Virus record (IMG/VR): IMGVR_UViG_3300030433_001610
Location: 1 to 38,269 of that record
Length of the DNA stretch: 38,269 nucleotides
Reading direction: 5' to 3' (one strand)
Source of the DNA: a virus
Lineage: Duplodnaviria; Caudoviricetes
Below the pieces are notes generated by a model. That model was not told where the DNA came from. It did no database searches and worked only from the letters and a program-made list of their open reading frames with translations. Numbering within the stretch: the first letter of the stretch is position 1; each line of letters starts with the position of its first letter. Shown piece by piece: positions 1 to 8,733 of this stretch. The position numbers and the translations under genes are program-made.

Positions 1-2
1 CC

Positions 3-1013
3 GAGTCGGTCATCTGTCTTTCAGGTACGGCTATCACCAACAGACCAAACGAGTTCTACACCACACTCAATCTCCTACGCCCGAATGAGTTCAGCAACTT
101 CTTTGAGTACGGCAAGCGATACTGCGACGGACATCAGAAACCGATTGGTCGTGGCAAGTATGCGTGGGACTTCAATGGTTCATCCAACACAGAAGAGTTG
201 CACAATCGTACTCGTGACTTCTGTATTCGTAGACTCAAGAGCGAGGTGCTCACTGAATTACCTGCTAAAGTACGCTCGCTTCACTACATCAATCCAACGT
301 CGCAACAGACCAAGGACTACAACGCCCTGCTTCGCAAGTGGCTTGACGAGTATGATGCACACCGACACTACGGTACACTACCCAAAGGATTCGTTCTCAA
401 CATGCTGACTGACCTGCGTCACGAATGTGGTCGCATGAAAGTTGAGCACGCCATCCAGTACGTCAAGGACTACGTGGAGATTAGTGGCAAGCCTATCGTT
501 GTCTTCGCACATCACCGTGACATTCTTCAAAGCATCTTCACCACTCTACGTGAGGACGAGAACCTACGTGGTAAGGTCGGTGCTATCGCTGGTGACATGC
601 CCGCAAACAAGCGACAACAACAGGTCGAAGCGTTCCAACGTGGCGACCTCATGGTTCTCGTATGCTCAACCATCGCAGCGAAGGAGGGCATCACACTCAC
701 AGCATCCGACACCACCCTGTTCGTTGAACGTGAGTGGGTTCCCGCATACGAGGAGCAAGCCGAAGACCGTGTGAATCGCATCGGCCAAGAGAGTCAATCC
801 GTAAGTGCAGTGTACCTGTCCGTCGAGAATACCATTGACGAGAAGTTCAACTACGTCATCGAACAGAAGCGCAAGGTCGTGCAAGCAGTACTCGACGGTG
901 GCACTGTCGAGGAACGTGAGGGTATATCCAACATGCTCATCGCCAAGATGATTGAAGACGGCGACATACCATCAGACTTCCTCTCTAAGAAAAGGAGGAC
1001 TGAATCGGTTTGA
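3..1013 (+). CDS. SNF2-family (SMARCAL1/HARP-like) helicase, 5'-partial
   Basis: The frame is open from the window edge (ESVICLSGTAITNRPNEF, motif III). HELICc motifs follow: VVFAHH, STIAAKEGITLT, QAEDRVNRIGQ. Confidence 0.9.
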   Translation, partial: ESVICLSGTAITNRPNEFYTTLNLLRPNEFSNFFEYGKRYCDGHQKPIGRGKYAWDFNGSSNTEELHNRTRDFCIRRLKSEVLTELPAKVRSLHYINPTSQQTKDYNALLRKWLDEYDAHRHYGTLPKGFVLNMLTDLRHECGRMKVEHAIQYVKDYVEISGKPIVVFAHHRDILQSIFTTLREDENLRGKVGAIAGDMPANKRQQQVEAFQRGDLMVLVCSTIAAKEGITLTASDTTLFVEREWVPAYEEQAEDRVNRIGQESQSVSAVYLSVENTIDEKFNYVIEQKRKVVQAVLDGGTVEEREGISNMLIAKMIEDGDIPSDFLSKKRRTESV

Positions 1014-1036
1014 TTTATAAATCGGCAAAGAGAAAG
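1014..1036 (+). promoter_or_regulatory. Conserved viral promoter motif, copy 1 (TATA box plus GGCAAAGAGAAAG)
   Basis: TTTATAAATCGGCAAAGAGAAAG, intergenic, starting 49 nt before ATG 1063; one of 8 copies. Confidence 0.8.
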
Positions 1037-1062
1037 AGGATGAAAACATTGGAGGTTAAAGT

Positions 1063-3459
1063 ATGACATCACAGAAGGCAGAAGCATTAGCGAAGTACAC
1101 GAAGGCACATGAAGCAGGGATGATGAGTGGACATTGGAAGCCACTGTCCACCATGCGATTCAACTTGCTTACCCAAGAGAGCGAGTTGTCTGACATCATG
1201 TCAAGCATCGAGTCGAAGGAGAAGTTGAGTGGTTATCTCAAGAGCCAACTCATGGACACCGAGAAGATTGAGGAGTTCGTCACCAACATCATAACATCGC
1301 ATATCACGCACCCATACAGTGACGGCAAACTCGTACAACCACTCTTCGTACGTGCTTGTCCACTCACACCACGTCCGGGTGTACTCGAATCTTCACCCGC
1401 ATTTACAGTCGATGAGTTGCGTGACACATTGACTCGCATCGCTGACAAGATGTTGTCCGTCGATACTGCTGACACCACAGCCTACGAGCATGGACTCATT
1501 GACCCATTCGGTTGCATCATCGTACAGCGTTTCGTTGAGGCTGATGCATCAGCCGTTGTCGCACCGAACTCATACATCATGATGGGTGACACCCACGATG
1601 GTATTACAGCAGGGAGCGCAACGCTTCGCCTTGCTCTCCCTCACCAATCAGACTGGAACACAACGAACAACTTGAGCACACTCAACATTGACCCTGCTCT
1701 CATTGAATTGGAATTTATCTCACGCATCATTGGTGGTGGTGAGATGGGTGACCGTGTATCAGATGCAAACCGTGGTTCAGCCGCCGTCAGTCACGATGCG
1801 TACATCGTGCAGTTGCGTGGCTCATCGGGACACACCCCACTGGTCACTCCACCTGCGGGTGTAACCATCAACGGTTCGATTCCACAAGGCAAAGTCAAGG
1901 TCAAGGCCGTACACACAGTTCACAATTCAGGCGATGAAGAGTTGGCTCGCCTTGAGGAGATGCTTCGCAGTGACCCACCAAAGGGTACAGTTGTATCACA
2001 CATTGGTACAGGTGCATCGCACTTGTCCCACCATGCAGGGCAGTGCCGTAAGTATGGAGTTCCTTACATCGTCAATGAGGTCGAGGTCGGACAGCGATGG
2101 CAAGAGGTTGCATCGGGTTGGGTGACAACCGACATGAAGTTCAAGGCCAAACCGTACAATCCATTCGAGTACAGTGATGCATTCCAATCAGGTTTGGAAG
2201 TTGGTTTGTATCGTTTCGCTCGCCAACATGGTTGGCTCTCCAATCACTTCCATCAGTTCATTGGTGCTCCTTTGATTGACCCATCCAACACTGCCTTCTT
2301 TGGTGGTGTGTTTGTCGGATGGCTTGTCAATGCAGGGCTGTCCGTATCTGTTGGTGAGTTGCGACACTCCGCAGGTATGCGTAATGAGAAGCACACGTAC
2401 ATGACACCACTGGTTGTGTCATCCATCTATGGTGACCGCTTGCGAGAGAAGCATGACAGGACCATGAGCGAGAATCGTAAGCACTACTACATGGCTATCG
2501 AAGACAAGCCTATCACACTCGACTCCATCATCGCTCTCCTCAAGTGGACGAGCAAGCAATACCACGGCGGATGGTCGGGTGGTTATGGCGGTGCGAAGTA
2601 CAAGAAGTCGGTGGATGCTACACTCAAACTCGCACAAGCAATCAAGCGATTCATCAAGAAGCCTACCGAGACAAACATGCTCGAAGTGATTGGTGAAGCA
2701 AACACATGCGAGCACAACGTACACAACACTGGGTTCTTCTTCAACAAGTTCCTATCTAAGACCGCACTCGACTGGGGTACGAATGCGGGATGCATCGAAC
2801 TCAATCCATACGAGTTCTTCCGTGTGTACTATGCGGCGTACGATGCATACCAACACCGTGATGCTGACCATGACTCACAAGATGTCAAGCACATTCTCAA
2901 GTATGTGGAGAACATTACAAACGAATCACTGCAATCCAATCCTATCTTCCTACGCAGTGACCTGCCACAAGAGATGGCTGACCTTGAGGAGAAGATTGTT
3001 GGGTATGGTCGTTTCCACGGTAACGGTGTACACGGTACTGAATTCGAGGGCTACACACAATTCATTCCATGTGGTTCACTCCACTGTGCAAAATGCAAAG
3101 ACCTCAAACTTGCGAAGTTCAAGCGAGCACTTCCACTCTACAATGTGTCGAGTGTGTCCATTGATGTACAAGCACTCTCCTATCCTGAAGCGAACACTGT
3201 TGATGAAACACAATCCAACATCATCTATGCTGGTGTTGTCATACTCAAGCAAGTGTTGCGAAGTAAAGCCTTCAATCCTACAACGGACTTCATCATCAAG
3301 ACACTCAAGATGGGTGATGAGATACAGAAGGACTTGCACAAGATGACCGACTACCACAAGGTCAAGGCACAGCAAACCTACGCCAACTTCTATGCGCTCA
3401 CCATGGACAAACCTGTGTTCATAGAAGCACTTGAGACACTTGCACAGGAGGAAGAATGA
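1063..3459 (+). CDS. PEP-synthase/PPDK-like dikinase: ATP-grasp domain, phospho-His swivel domain and unknown C-terminal domain
   Basis: LFVRACP..PG and IIVQRFVEADASAVV resemble the nucleotide-binding domain. YIVQLR is present. SHLSHHAGQCRKYGVPYIV matches the mobile-domain consensus SHaAivaRe.GiP.vv. Confidence 0.7.
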   Translation: MTSQKAEALAKYTKAHEAGMMSGHWKPLSTMRFNLLTQESELSDIMSSIESKEKLSGYLKSQLMDTEKIEEFVTNIITSHITHPYSDGKLVQPLFVRACPLTPRPGVLESSPAFTVDELRDTLTRIADKMLSVDTADTTAYEHGLIDPFGCIIVQRFVEADASAVVAPNSYIMMGDTHDGITAGSATLRLALPHQSDWNTTNNLSTLNIDPALIELEFISRIIGGGEMGDRVSDANRGSAAVSHDAYIVQLRGSSGHTPLVTPPAGVTINGSIPQGKVKVKAVHTVHNSGDEELARLEEMLRSDPPKGTVVSHIGTGASHLSHHAGQCRKYGVPYIVNEVEVGQRWQEVASGWVTTDMKFKAKPYNPFEYSDAFQSGLEVGLYRFARQHGWLSNHFHQFIGAPLIDPSNTAFFGGVFVGWLVNAGLSVSVGELRHSAGMRNEKHTYMTPLVVSSIYGDRLREKHDRTMSENRKHYYMAIEDKPITLDSIIALLKWTSKQYHGGWSGGYGGAKYKKSVDATLKLAQAIKRFIKKPTETNMLEVIGEANTCEHNVHNTGFFFNKFLSKTALDWGTNAGCIELNPYEFFRVYYAAYDAYQHRDADHDSQDVKHILKYVENITNESLQSNPIFLRSDLPQEMADLEEKIVGYGRFHGNGVHGTEFEGYTQFIPCGSLHCAKCKDLKLAKFKRALPLYNVSSVSIDVQALSYPEANTVDETQSNIIYAGVVILKQVLRSKAFNPTTDFIIKTLKMGDEIQKDLHKMTDYHKVKAQQTYANFYALTMDKPVFIEALETLAQEEE

Positions 3460-4724
3460 TGGGACGACGAAACAAACGTAAGACTCGAAAGCAACAACGA
3501 AAGAACAAAAAGAATACTGGGGGAAGAAAAGTGAAACCGATGACAGACAAGAAGACAACGACGACAAACACATGGAGCAAGCACAACTGCCACACTGGGC
3601 AACAGGCTGTATTCACATCAGCCGATGGCATCACCTTCTATGGTGGTGGCAAGAACCGTAGTGGTGGGTGGCACAAGATGTCACCACTGCCCGACCTTGC
3701 AATGGGTCCGAGCGAAACCATGCATGGTAGTGTTGCGTCCAAAGACGACACCACTGTACCCGATGGGTTCTCGTGTGCCAAGTACATCGGCTCGTCCGAG
3801 CCTGAACCTTTGTTCATCCACTTGGACTTTCCCGACTTTGGTATCCCTGCATCACCCGCATTGTTTTGGTATGCACTGGTCGATGACATTCGTGAGCATC
3901 AACTTACTCGTGTATCTGTACAGTGTGCAGGTGGTCATGGTCGCACTGGTGTACAGTTGTGTATCTTCCGCTACCTCACTGCTACCGAAGAGGAGCGTGC
4001 TTCCTACACAAGTGCGGCTGACCTCATCGAGTGGGTGCGTGATGCACACTGCCACCACGCTGTCGAAACCAAAGGGCAACAGCAGTACATCGCTGATGTG
4101 TGTGACCTGCCTGTTGGTAAGGCCATGATTGAAACACCGACCTATACATTCAATCAGTACAAGAACATCTACAAAGACTACACCATGGGTGGCAAGTGGG
4201 GTGACACCGACGACGATTTTGAGTCGGCCACAGGTTCACAGGACGAAGACCTTTGTGAAGGCTGTGGCTCAATACTCGTTCAAGCCGATTACGAGTATGG
4301 TGATTGTGGCGTGTGTGGTCATACTATTGGCGGCCATGAAGATGTGAAACTAGATGCTTGCCCTGCCTGTCATGGTAAGCACATTGATGACAATGGTATT
4401 TGCATGGACTGTGACTATGACACCTCTCGTGAGGGTGAGTCCAAGGAGAAGAAGATTTGCTACGACTGTGACCGTGAGTTCAGTGTACGTGAGATGTACA
4501 TCGAAGAGGGTGACACTTCCTGTGCATCCTGTATCGTTGAGCGAGCAAATGCAAACAAAGGTGATGGCAAGGCTTTGGTCTTTACACCACCGAAGAAAGA
4601 CAACGAGGCTACCCTGCAATGTACAGTGTGCCTCAAACACAAACCTGTGCGTCACATTTACGCACACGAATTGATTGATGGAAAGTCCACAATGACTTGC
4701 TTTGAATGTAAAAGTAAGAATTGA
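3456..4724 (+). CDS. Cys-based (CX5R) dual-specificity/PTP-like phosphatase with basic N-terminus and C-terminal zinc ribbons
   Basis: DFPDFG acid loop, VSVQCAGGHGRTG P-loop and AVETKGQQQYI Q-loop; eight CxxC pairs in the C-terminal half; ATGA overlap with the upstream gene. Confidence 0.85.
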   Translation: MMGRRNKRKTRKQQRKNKKNTGGRKVKPMTDKKTTTTNTWSKHNCHTGQQAVFTSADGITFYGGGKNRSGGWHKMSPLPDLAMGPSETMHGSVASKDDTTVPDGFSCAKYIGSSEPEPLFIHLDFPDFGIPASPALFWYALVDDIREHQLTRVSVQCAGGHGRTGVQLCIFRYLTATEEERASYTSAADLIEWVRDAHCHHAVETKGQQQYIADVCDLPVGKAMIETPTYTFNQYKNIYKDYTMGGKWGDTDDDFESATGSQDEDLCEGCGSILVQADYEYGDCGVCGHTIGGHEDVKLDACPACHGKHIDDNGICMDCDYDTSREGESKEKKICYDCDREFSVREMYIEEGDTSCASCIVERANANKGDGKALVFTPPKKDNEATLQCTVCLKHKPVRHIYAHELIDGKSTMTCFECKSKN

Positions 4725-4747
4725 TTTATAAATTGGCAAAGAGAAAG
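4725..4747 (+). promoter_or_regulatory. Conserved viral promoter motif, copy 2
   Basis: TTTATAAATTGGCAAAGAGAAAG, 35 nt before ATG 4760. Confidence 0.8.
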
Positions 4748-4759
4748 GAGATGAGAAAT

Positions 4760-6049
4760 ATGGGAAGAACACACCACAACACATACAAGAGTGCAGAAGA
4801 ATGGGACCGACAGGGACTCGTAGGCAAGAGCCTCCAGTTCACGGACGATGAGATTGTATCGACACTGGGCATTGGTAAATCCAAAGACATGTGTCGTGAC
4901 TCATGTGCGATGGACATGGCACTGACGTACACACTGATGTCCTTCGGTCCTGACCGTGAGGTAACAGCGAAGGAGTGCATCAACGAACAGACACGACGTG
5001 CCTTTTGGTACGACACACGACTGCTCGCACAGGCTAAGGTAAGTGTACTTGACGAGAGTGACACTGAATACTTTCAAGAGCGTGGTAAGTACCCAACGGT
5101 GACTCGCACTTGTTGGAACATCAGGAAGACCTTGTGGGATGCGATTGAAAGCGGGGCTTCATGGAAGGAGTTGGAAATGTACACCACTCCTCTCTATCGA
5201 GCGAAGTTGATTTCACGTTGGTCGAGTAACAACTTGCACTTTAGAAATTGGGAGAATACAGCACACCTTACCCCACTTGAAGACCACATGGAGCGTGGTA
5301 TGAACCGTGTGCTCATGGACAAGGATGGTGAGAAGGAACTACTACGTTGCATCAACAAAGGTTTCAATCGCATGGTCAAGAACGGACGATGCATCCAAAC
5401 ATCATCGGGTCGTGGTCGCACATTCAAATGGACAGAATGGCATTGGTTGGAACGAGTACGCCAAGAGGTTCTTGTGAGCAACTCGTTCAACCGTAAGATT
5501 GGTGACACCATCAACGGTTGGGAGTATGCCATCAAGGACACTACAAACTGGTGGGGATGCCAAGTCCACACGTATCACTGGAAGCCTGTCGATGTTCTTG
5601 AGTACTACAAGGTACGAATCGCAAGTGGCTCGGTAGGTAATGGTAGTGGTCAATACATTGATGGTAAATGGAAGTACCCAAAGGTGTACAGGGATGCGTT
5701 CCAAGACACACCGTATGTCTTTGGTACAAGGGCACAAGCGGAGGACTATGCTTCACTGCTTGATGAACAATTGGTTGCACCTACCTCATCCTATCCAGTA
5801 TGGCGTGAGGTTGATGAGGACTTCAACACTACTGACAAATCCTTGTCGGCTGTTGCGGTAGCGGTTGATTACCCACTACGACTCAAGCCCGACGTGTTTG
5901 TTGAAGACCTATCCACACCAAAGGAGATACTGCTTGAGTTCCTCAAGTCACCTGCGGCCAAGTCAAACTACATGGGTATGTTCGACAACCTACCAAAGAT
6001 TCCAGTGAACATCGTGAAGGTGGAGAAGGAAGAGGAGGCGAGTGAATGA
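4760..6049 (+). CDS. Hypothetical protein
   Basis: Long ORF; start moved to the ATG downstream of the promoter motif and an SD-like GGAGATGA. Confidence 0.75.
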   Translation: MGRTHHNTYKSAEEWDRQGLVGKSLQFTDDEIVSTLGIGKSKDMCRDSCAMDMALTYTLMSFGPDREVTAKECINEQTRRAFWYDTRLLAQAKVSVLDESDTEYFQERGKYPTVTRTCWNIRKTLWDAIESGASWKELEMYTTPLYRAKLISRWSSNNLHFRNWENTAHLTPLEDHMERGMNRVLMDKDGEKELLRCINKGFNRMVKNGRCIQTSSGRGRTFKWTEWHWLERVRQEVLVSNSFNRKIGDTINGWEYAIKDTTNWWGCQVHTYHWKPVDVLEYYKVRIASGSVGNGSGQYIDGKWKYPKVYRDAFQDTPYVFGTRAQAEDYASLLDEQLVAPTSSYPVWREVDEDFNTTDKSLSAVAVAVDYPLRLKPDVFVEDLSTPKEILLEFLKSPAAKSNYMGMFDNLPKIPVNIVKVEKEEEASE

Positions 6050-6186
6050 ATGTATTTACATCAGACATGAATGCAACAGAAACAGCACGAGCATACTGTG
6101 ACAAACATGTGCCGAGCATGAGTCGCACGAGTCTGATGACTATCATCATTCACTGCTTTATAAATTGGCAAAGAGAAAGGAGATGA
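6046..6186 (+). pseudogene. Truncated remnant paralogous to the DenV-like glycosylase at 9944
   Basis: Translates MNVFTSDMNATETARAYCDKHVPSM, versus MNIFVLDTNPITAARMHCDKHIPKM at 9944; similarity is lost after about 25 codons. Confidence 0.7.
6157..6179 (+). promoter_or_regulatory. Conserved viral promoter motif, copy 3
   Basis: TTTATAAATTGGCAAAGAGAAAG, 35 nt before ATG 6192. Confidence 0.8.
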
Positions 6187-6191
6187 AAACT

Positions 6192-6443
6192 ATGGAACGA
6201 AATTACAGATTAGTATTGAGCACAACGCATTGGTATGAGATGGAACGAGTGAACCCGCATTGGTTTCAAGTGACCTTCGTTGAGAACGGTGACGAGCGAT
6301 ATGTGGGTTACATGGTACGCAAGACAACTCGTGGATGGGAGTTATTCAACGACCTATCGGATTCGGGACCGTCGTATGTCGTACCCAATCGAGCATCACT
6401 GATACCGATGTACACACCCAAGTACACAGATGAGGAGGAATGA
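6192..6443 (+). CDS. Hypothetical protein
   Basis: ORF after the promoter motif; ends in a GAGGAGGAATGA coupling junction. Confidence 0.65.
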   Translation: MERNYRLVLSTTHWYEMERVNPHWFQVTFVENGDERYVGYMVRKTTRGWELFNDLSDSGPSYVVPNRASLIPMYTPKYTDEEE

Positions 6444-6445
6444 AC

Positions 6446-7051
6446 ATGACAGAAAACAATGAAGACAAAAACACAGAAGAACTTACTGACGAACAACAAG
6501 AGATTATTGACATGGTTGCGAAGATATTCGCACCATTGGACATGGAAGTGACAAACATGAACGAACAACCAAAGCAAACAATTGACGAAGAATACATGAA
6601 GAACAAGAAAGTGGACGGACCGACTTTACAGATTCGTACCATGAGCGATGGAGGTACAGGCTTAATGCACCTTCAAGGTTATGGTGGAGTCACCATCAAC
6701 CGTGAATACGGATTTGCGGCCAAGTACAAGATGCCACACGACGTAGGGATGTATCTTGCGGCACTCAAGCCCAAGTTCCAATCCTTTGCCACAGATTCAG
6801 TGGCCTACGTACGCAATGTGACTGTCGAGAAATACGACGACGGCTACCAACTTGTCATCGCAGGTTCAAACACTGCTGACATGATTGAGGGTATTGACAA
6901 CATCTTCAAGTTCAACTTCTCAAATCAATGGCGACTCAACATGCACTTCCAATTGTGCAACGAGTTGATTGACTTCGTTGAGCAAAACAATGCGTACATT
7001 CAGTGTGAAGGTAAGCGACCAACACAAGGCGTTGAAACAAGCGAAGAGTGA
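6446..7051 (+). CDS. Hypothetical protein, acidic N-terminus
   Basis: ORF preceded by SD GAGGAGG; alternative start at 6440. Confidence 0.7.
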   Translation: MTENNEDKNTEELTDEQQEIIDMVAKIFAPLDMEVTNMNEQPKQTIDEEYMKNKKVDGPTLQIRTMSDGGTGLMHLQGYGGVTINREYGFAAKYKMPHDVGMYLAALKPKFQSFATDSVAYVRNVTVEKYDDGYQLVIAGSNTADMIEGIDNIFKFNFSNQWRLNMHFQLCNELIDFVEQNNAYIQCEGKRPTQGVETSEE

Positions 7052-7056
7052 GCGAC

Positions 7057-7212
7057 ATGCAAAAACATGAGTGGAAACTTATCGGATGGCAAGACGAAGG
7101 CAAGGAGCCTTGTGCACATGAATGGGAGTGCATACACTGTGGTATTACATTAGACGATGGTGAATGCGCTGATTTCGCATACTGCCATACTGGGAGTTGG
7201 AAGAATGAGTGA
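7057..7212 (+). CDS. Small Cys/His-rich hypothetical protein (not in ORF track)
   Basis: MQKHEWKLIGWQDEGKEPCAHEWECIHCG...; fills the gap between neighbours. Confidence 0.55.
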   Translation: MQKHEWKLIGWQDEGKEPCAHEWECIHCGITLDDGECADFAYCHTGSWKNE

Positions 7213-7405
7213 CATCTTAGAGGACATGGGCGACCTACTCGCAGAAGTCAAGCGGTTGCGTAAGGAGAATGAATACCTACGAGAGTCAGACTGGGAATAC
7301 AGTTGCTTGTGGACATGGCTTCATGAGAACACAGACTTGCCGAAGACAATCGAACCAATCCTCCTGAACAAGTGGAAGAGTGAGTGGGTGAAGAAGAATG
7401 AATGA
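7205..7405 (+). CDS. Hypothetical protein
   Basis: ORF MSDILEDMG..., overlapping its neighbours in operon fashion. Confidence 0.6.
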   Translation: MSDILEDMGDLLAEVKRLRKENEYLRESDWEYSCLWTWLHENTDLPKTIEPILLNKWKSEWVKKNE

Positions 7406-7628
7406 CCACCAAGACAGTGAACACTTCTCCTACGAAAGAACGTGGGCGGAGATTGAAGAGATGCTCGACAAGGCCGAGCGATTACAAAACAAACATTACA
7501 CAGCAATGCAATCATGCACGAGGGACAAACGTATGTTTCACATGAGAAACTACAAAGCACTGGAAGGTGTGGTCAAAGCATTGCGATGGGTACTGGGTGA
7601 CCTAAACATACAACACCCACTTGAATAG
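7398..7628 (+). CDS. Hypothetical helical protein
   Basis: 76-aa ORF preceded by GGGTGA. Confidence 0.65.
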   Translation: MNDHQDSEHFSYERTWAEIEEMLDKAERLQNKHYTAMQSCTRDKRMFHMRNYKALEGVVKALRWVLGDLNIQHPLE

Positions 7629-7805
7629 ATTCACGAGGTTTATCCAATAATAACTGCAAAAATCGGAACACACGGAGATAGTGGACCATAAACCATGAAG
7701 CAGTTTCCTCACCACATTCACATGGGTTTATCCAGTAATAAGGGCAAAAGGTTTGACCTCGGAGATAGTTGTTCTGTTTTCTCAATGAAGCCCTTCCCCA
7801 TCTGA
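7629..7805. repeat. Degenerate tandem direct repeat, two units of about 88 bp, in the largest non-coding gap
   Basis: GGTTTATCCA(A/G)TAATAA at 7637 and 7725, CGGAGATAGT at 7673 and 7760, ATGAAGC at 7695 and 7785. Confidence 0.7.
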
Positions 7806-7829
7806 ATTTATGTACAACGAATACATGGG

Positions 7830-8459
7830 ATGACCATGCGACCAGTTCGATTCTTAGGAGGTTCGACTGGTGCAACCTTGTACGATACCGAACAAGGACC
7901 ACGAGTAGGCAAGCAAGGAGCGCACCCTGCACACATTCAGAACGAGTTCGACATGAACCGATACTTGAATGCTTTAGGTGTGAATGTACCTCAAGCCGAG
8001 ATGATAACACACAGGGGAAGGCCAACCATGCTTGCCGACTTCATAGCCGATTCACAAGAGGTTGGTATAAGACCAACTCAAGAAGACGTACGACAACTAC
8101 AGCGTGACTTCGTACCCCACGCATTAACAGCCAACTGGGATGTGCTTGGTATGACTGGTGACAATGTACTACGCCAACCTGACGGCTCTCTCTCCTACGT
8201 CGATGTGGGAGGGGCGGGTGCGTTCCGAGCAATGGGCGCACCGAAGGGAGATAGATTCACCACGAATGTAGGTGAACTCGACTCGCTTCGAGAACGTAAC
8301 CCTGTGTTTCAAGGGATGAGTGAACAAGACATCGGACGTTCACTCGACGCACATGGAGGTATCGAACCAATGGAACAAGCATTGCAGTACCTCCGTGATG
8401 CACAGACTCGCAACATCATGCAACAACGAGTGCAAGACATTGCACGACGAGTGGCTTGA
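7830..8459 (+). CDS. HipA/PI3K-like (atypical protein-kinase fold) kinase
   Basis: LGGSTG Gly loop, Lys in VGK, HIQNE helix-C Glu, ANWDVLGMTGDNV catalytic loop, YVDVGGA metal-binding motif, FRAMGAPKG. Confidence 0.7.
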   Translation: MTMRPVRFLGGSTGATLYDTEQGPRVGKQGAHPAHIQNEFDMNRYLNALGVNVPQAEMITHRGRPTMLADFIADSQEVGIRPTQEDVRQLQRDFVPHALTANWDVLGMTGDNVLRQPDGSLSYVDVGGAGAFRAMGAPKGDRFTTNVGELDSLRERNPVFQGMSEQDIGRSLDAHGGIEPMEQALQYLRDAQTRNIMQQRVQDIARRVA

Positions 8460-8474
8460 TTCAGTAATCTTTGC

Positions 8475-8497
8475 TTTATAAATTGGCAAAGAGAAAG
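8475..8497 (+). promoter_or_regulatory. Conserved viral promoter motif, copy 4
   Basis: TTTATAAATTGGCAAAGAGAAAG; the leader to ATG 8524 is nearly identical to that of copy 1. Confidence 0.8.
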
Positions 8498-8523
8498 AAA
8501 GTGAAAACATTGGAAGTGAAAGT

Positions 8524-8733
8524 ATGAGCGAAAGCATTGAAGAATTACAACTGGGAGTAATCGACCTCAAGGTACAGGCCAACCGTCTAACCGACAACAT
8601 CCTGTCCTTGTATCACATACACGACTTGGATGACCTAAGTGATTGGCTGACGACATGCAAGCAAGAGTTACTCAAGGGTATGGGTATTGTGAACGAATGG
8701 TTGAACCTGTTAATGGATGAGGTGACTGAATGA
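8524..8733 (+). CDS. Hypothetical protein
   Basis: ORF after the promoter; ATGA overlap with the next gene. Confidence 0.6.
   Translation: MSESIEELQLGVIDLKVQANRLTDNILSLYHIHDLDDLSDWLTTCKQELLKGMGIVNEWLNLLMDEVTE

Noticed and set aside
4721-4759. ORF-track TTG starts at 4721 and 6165 giving N-termini MIYKLAKRKE and MAKRKE as a shared protein domain
   Set aside because: These come from translating the promoter motif; downstream ATGs with SD-like sequences are better starts.
7637-7741. TTATCCA as bacterial DnaA boxes
   Set aside because: Only 7 of 9 positions match TTATCCACA and the context is archaeal-viral; retained only as part of the repeat finding.
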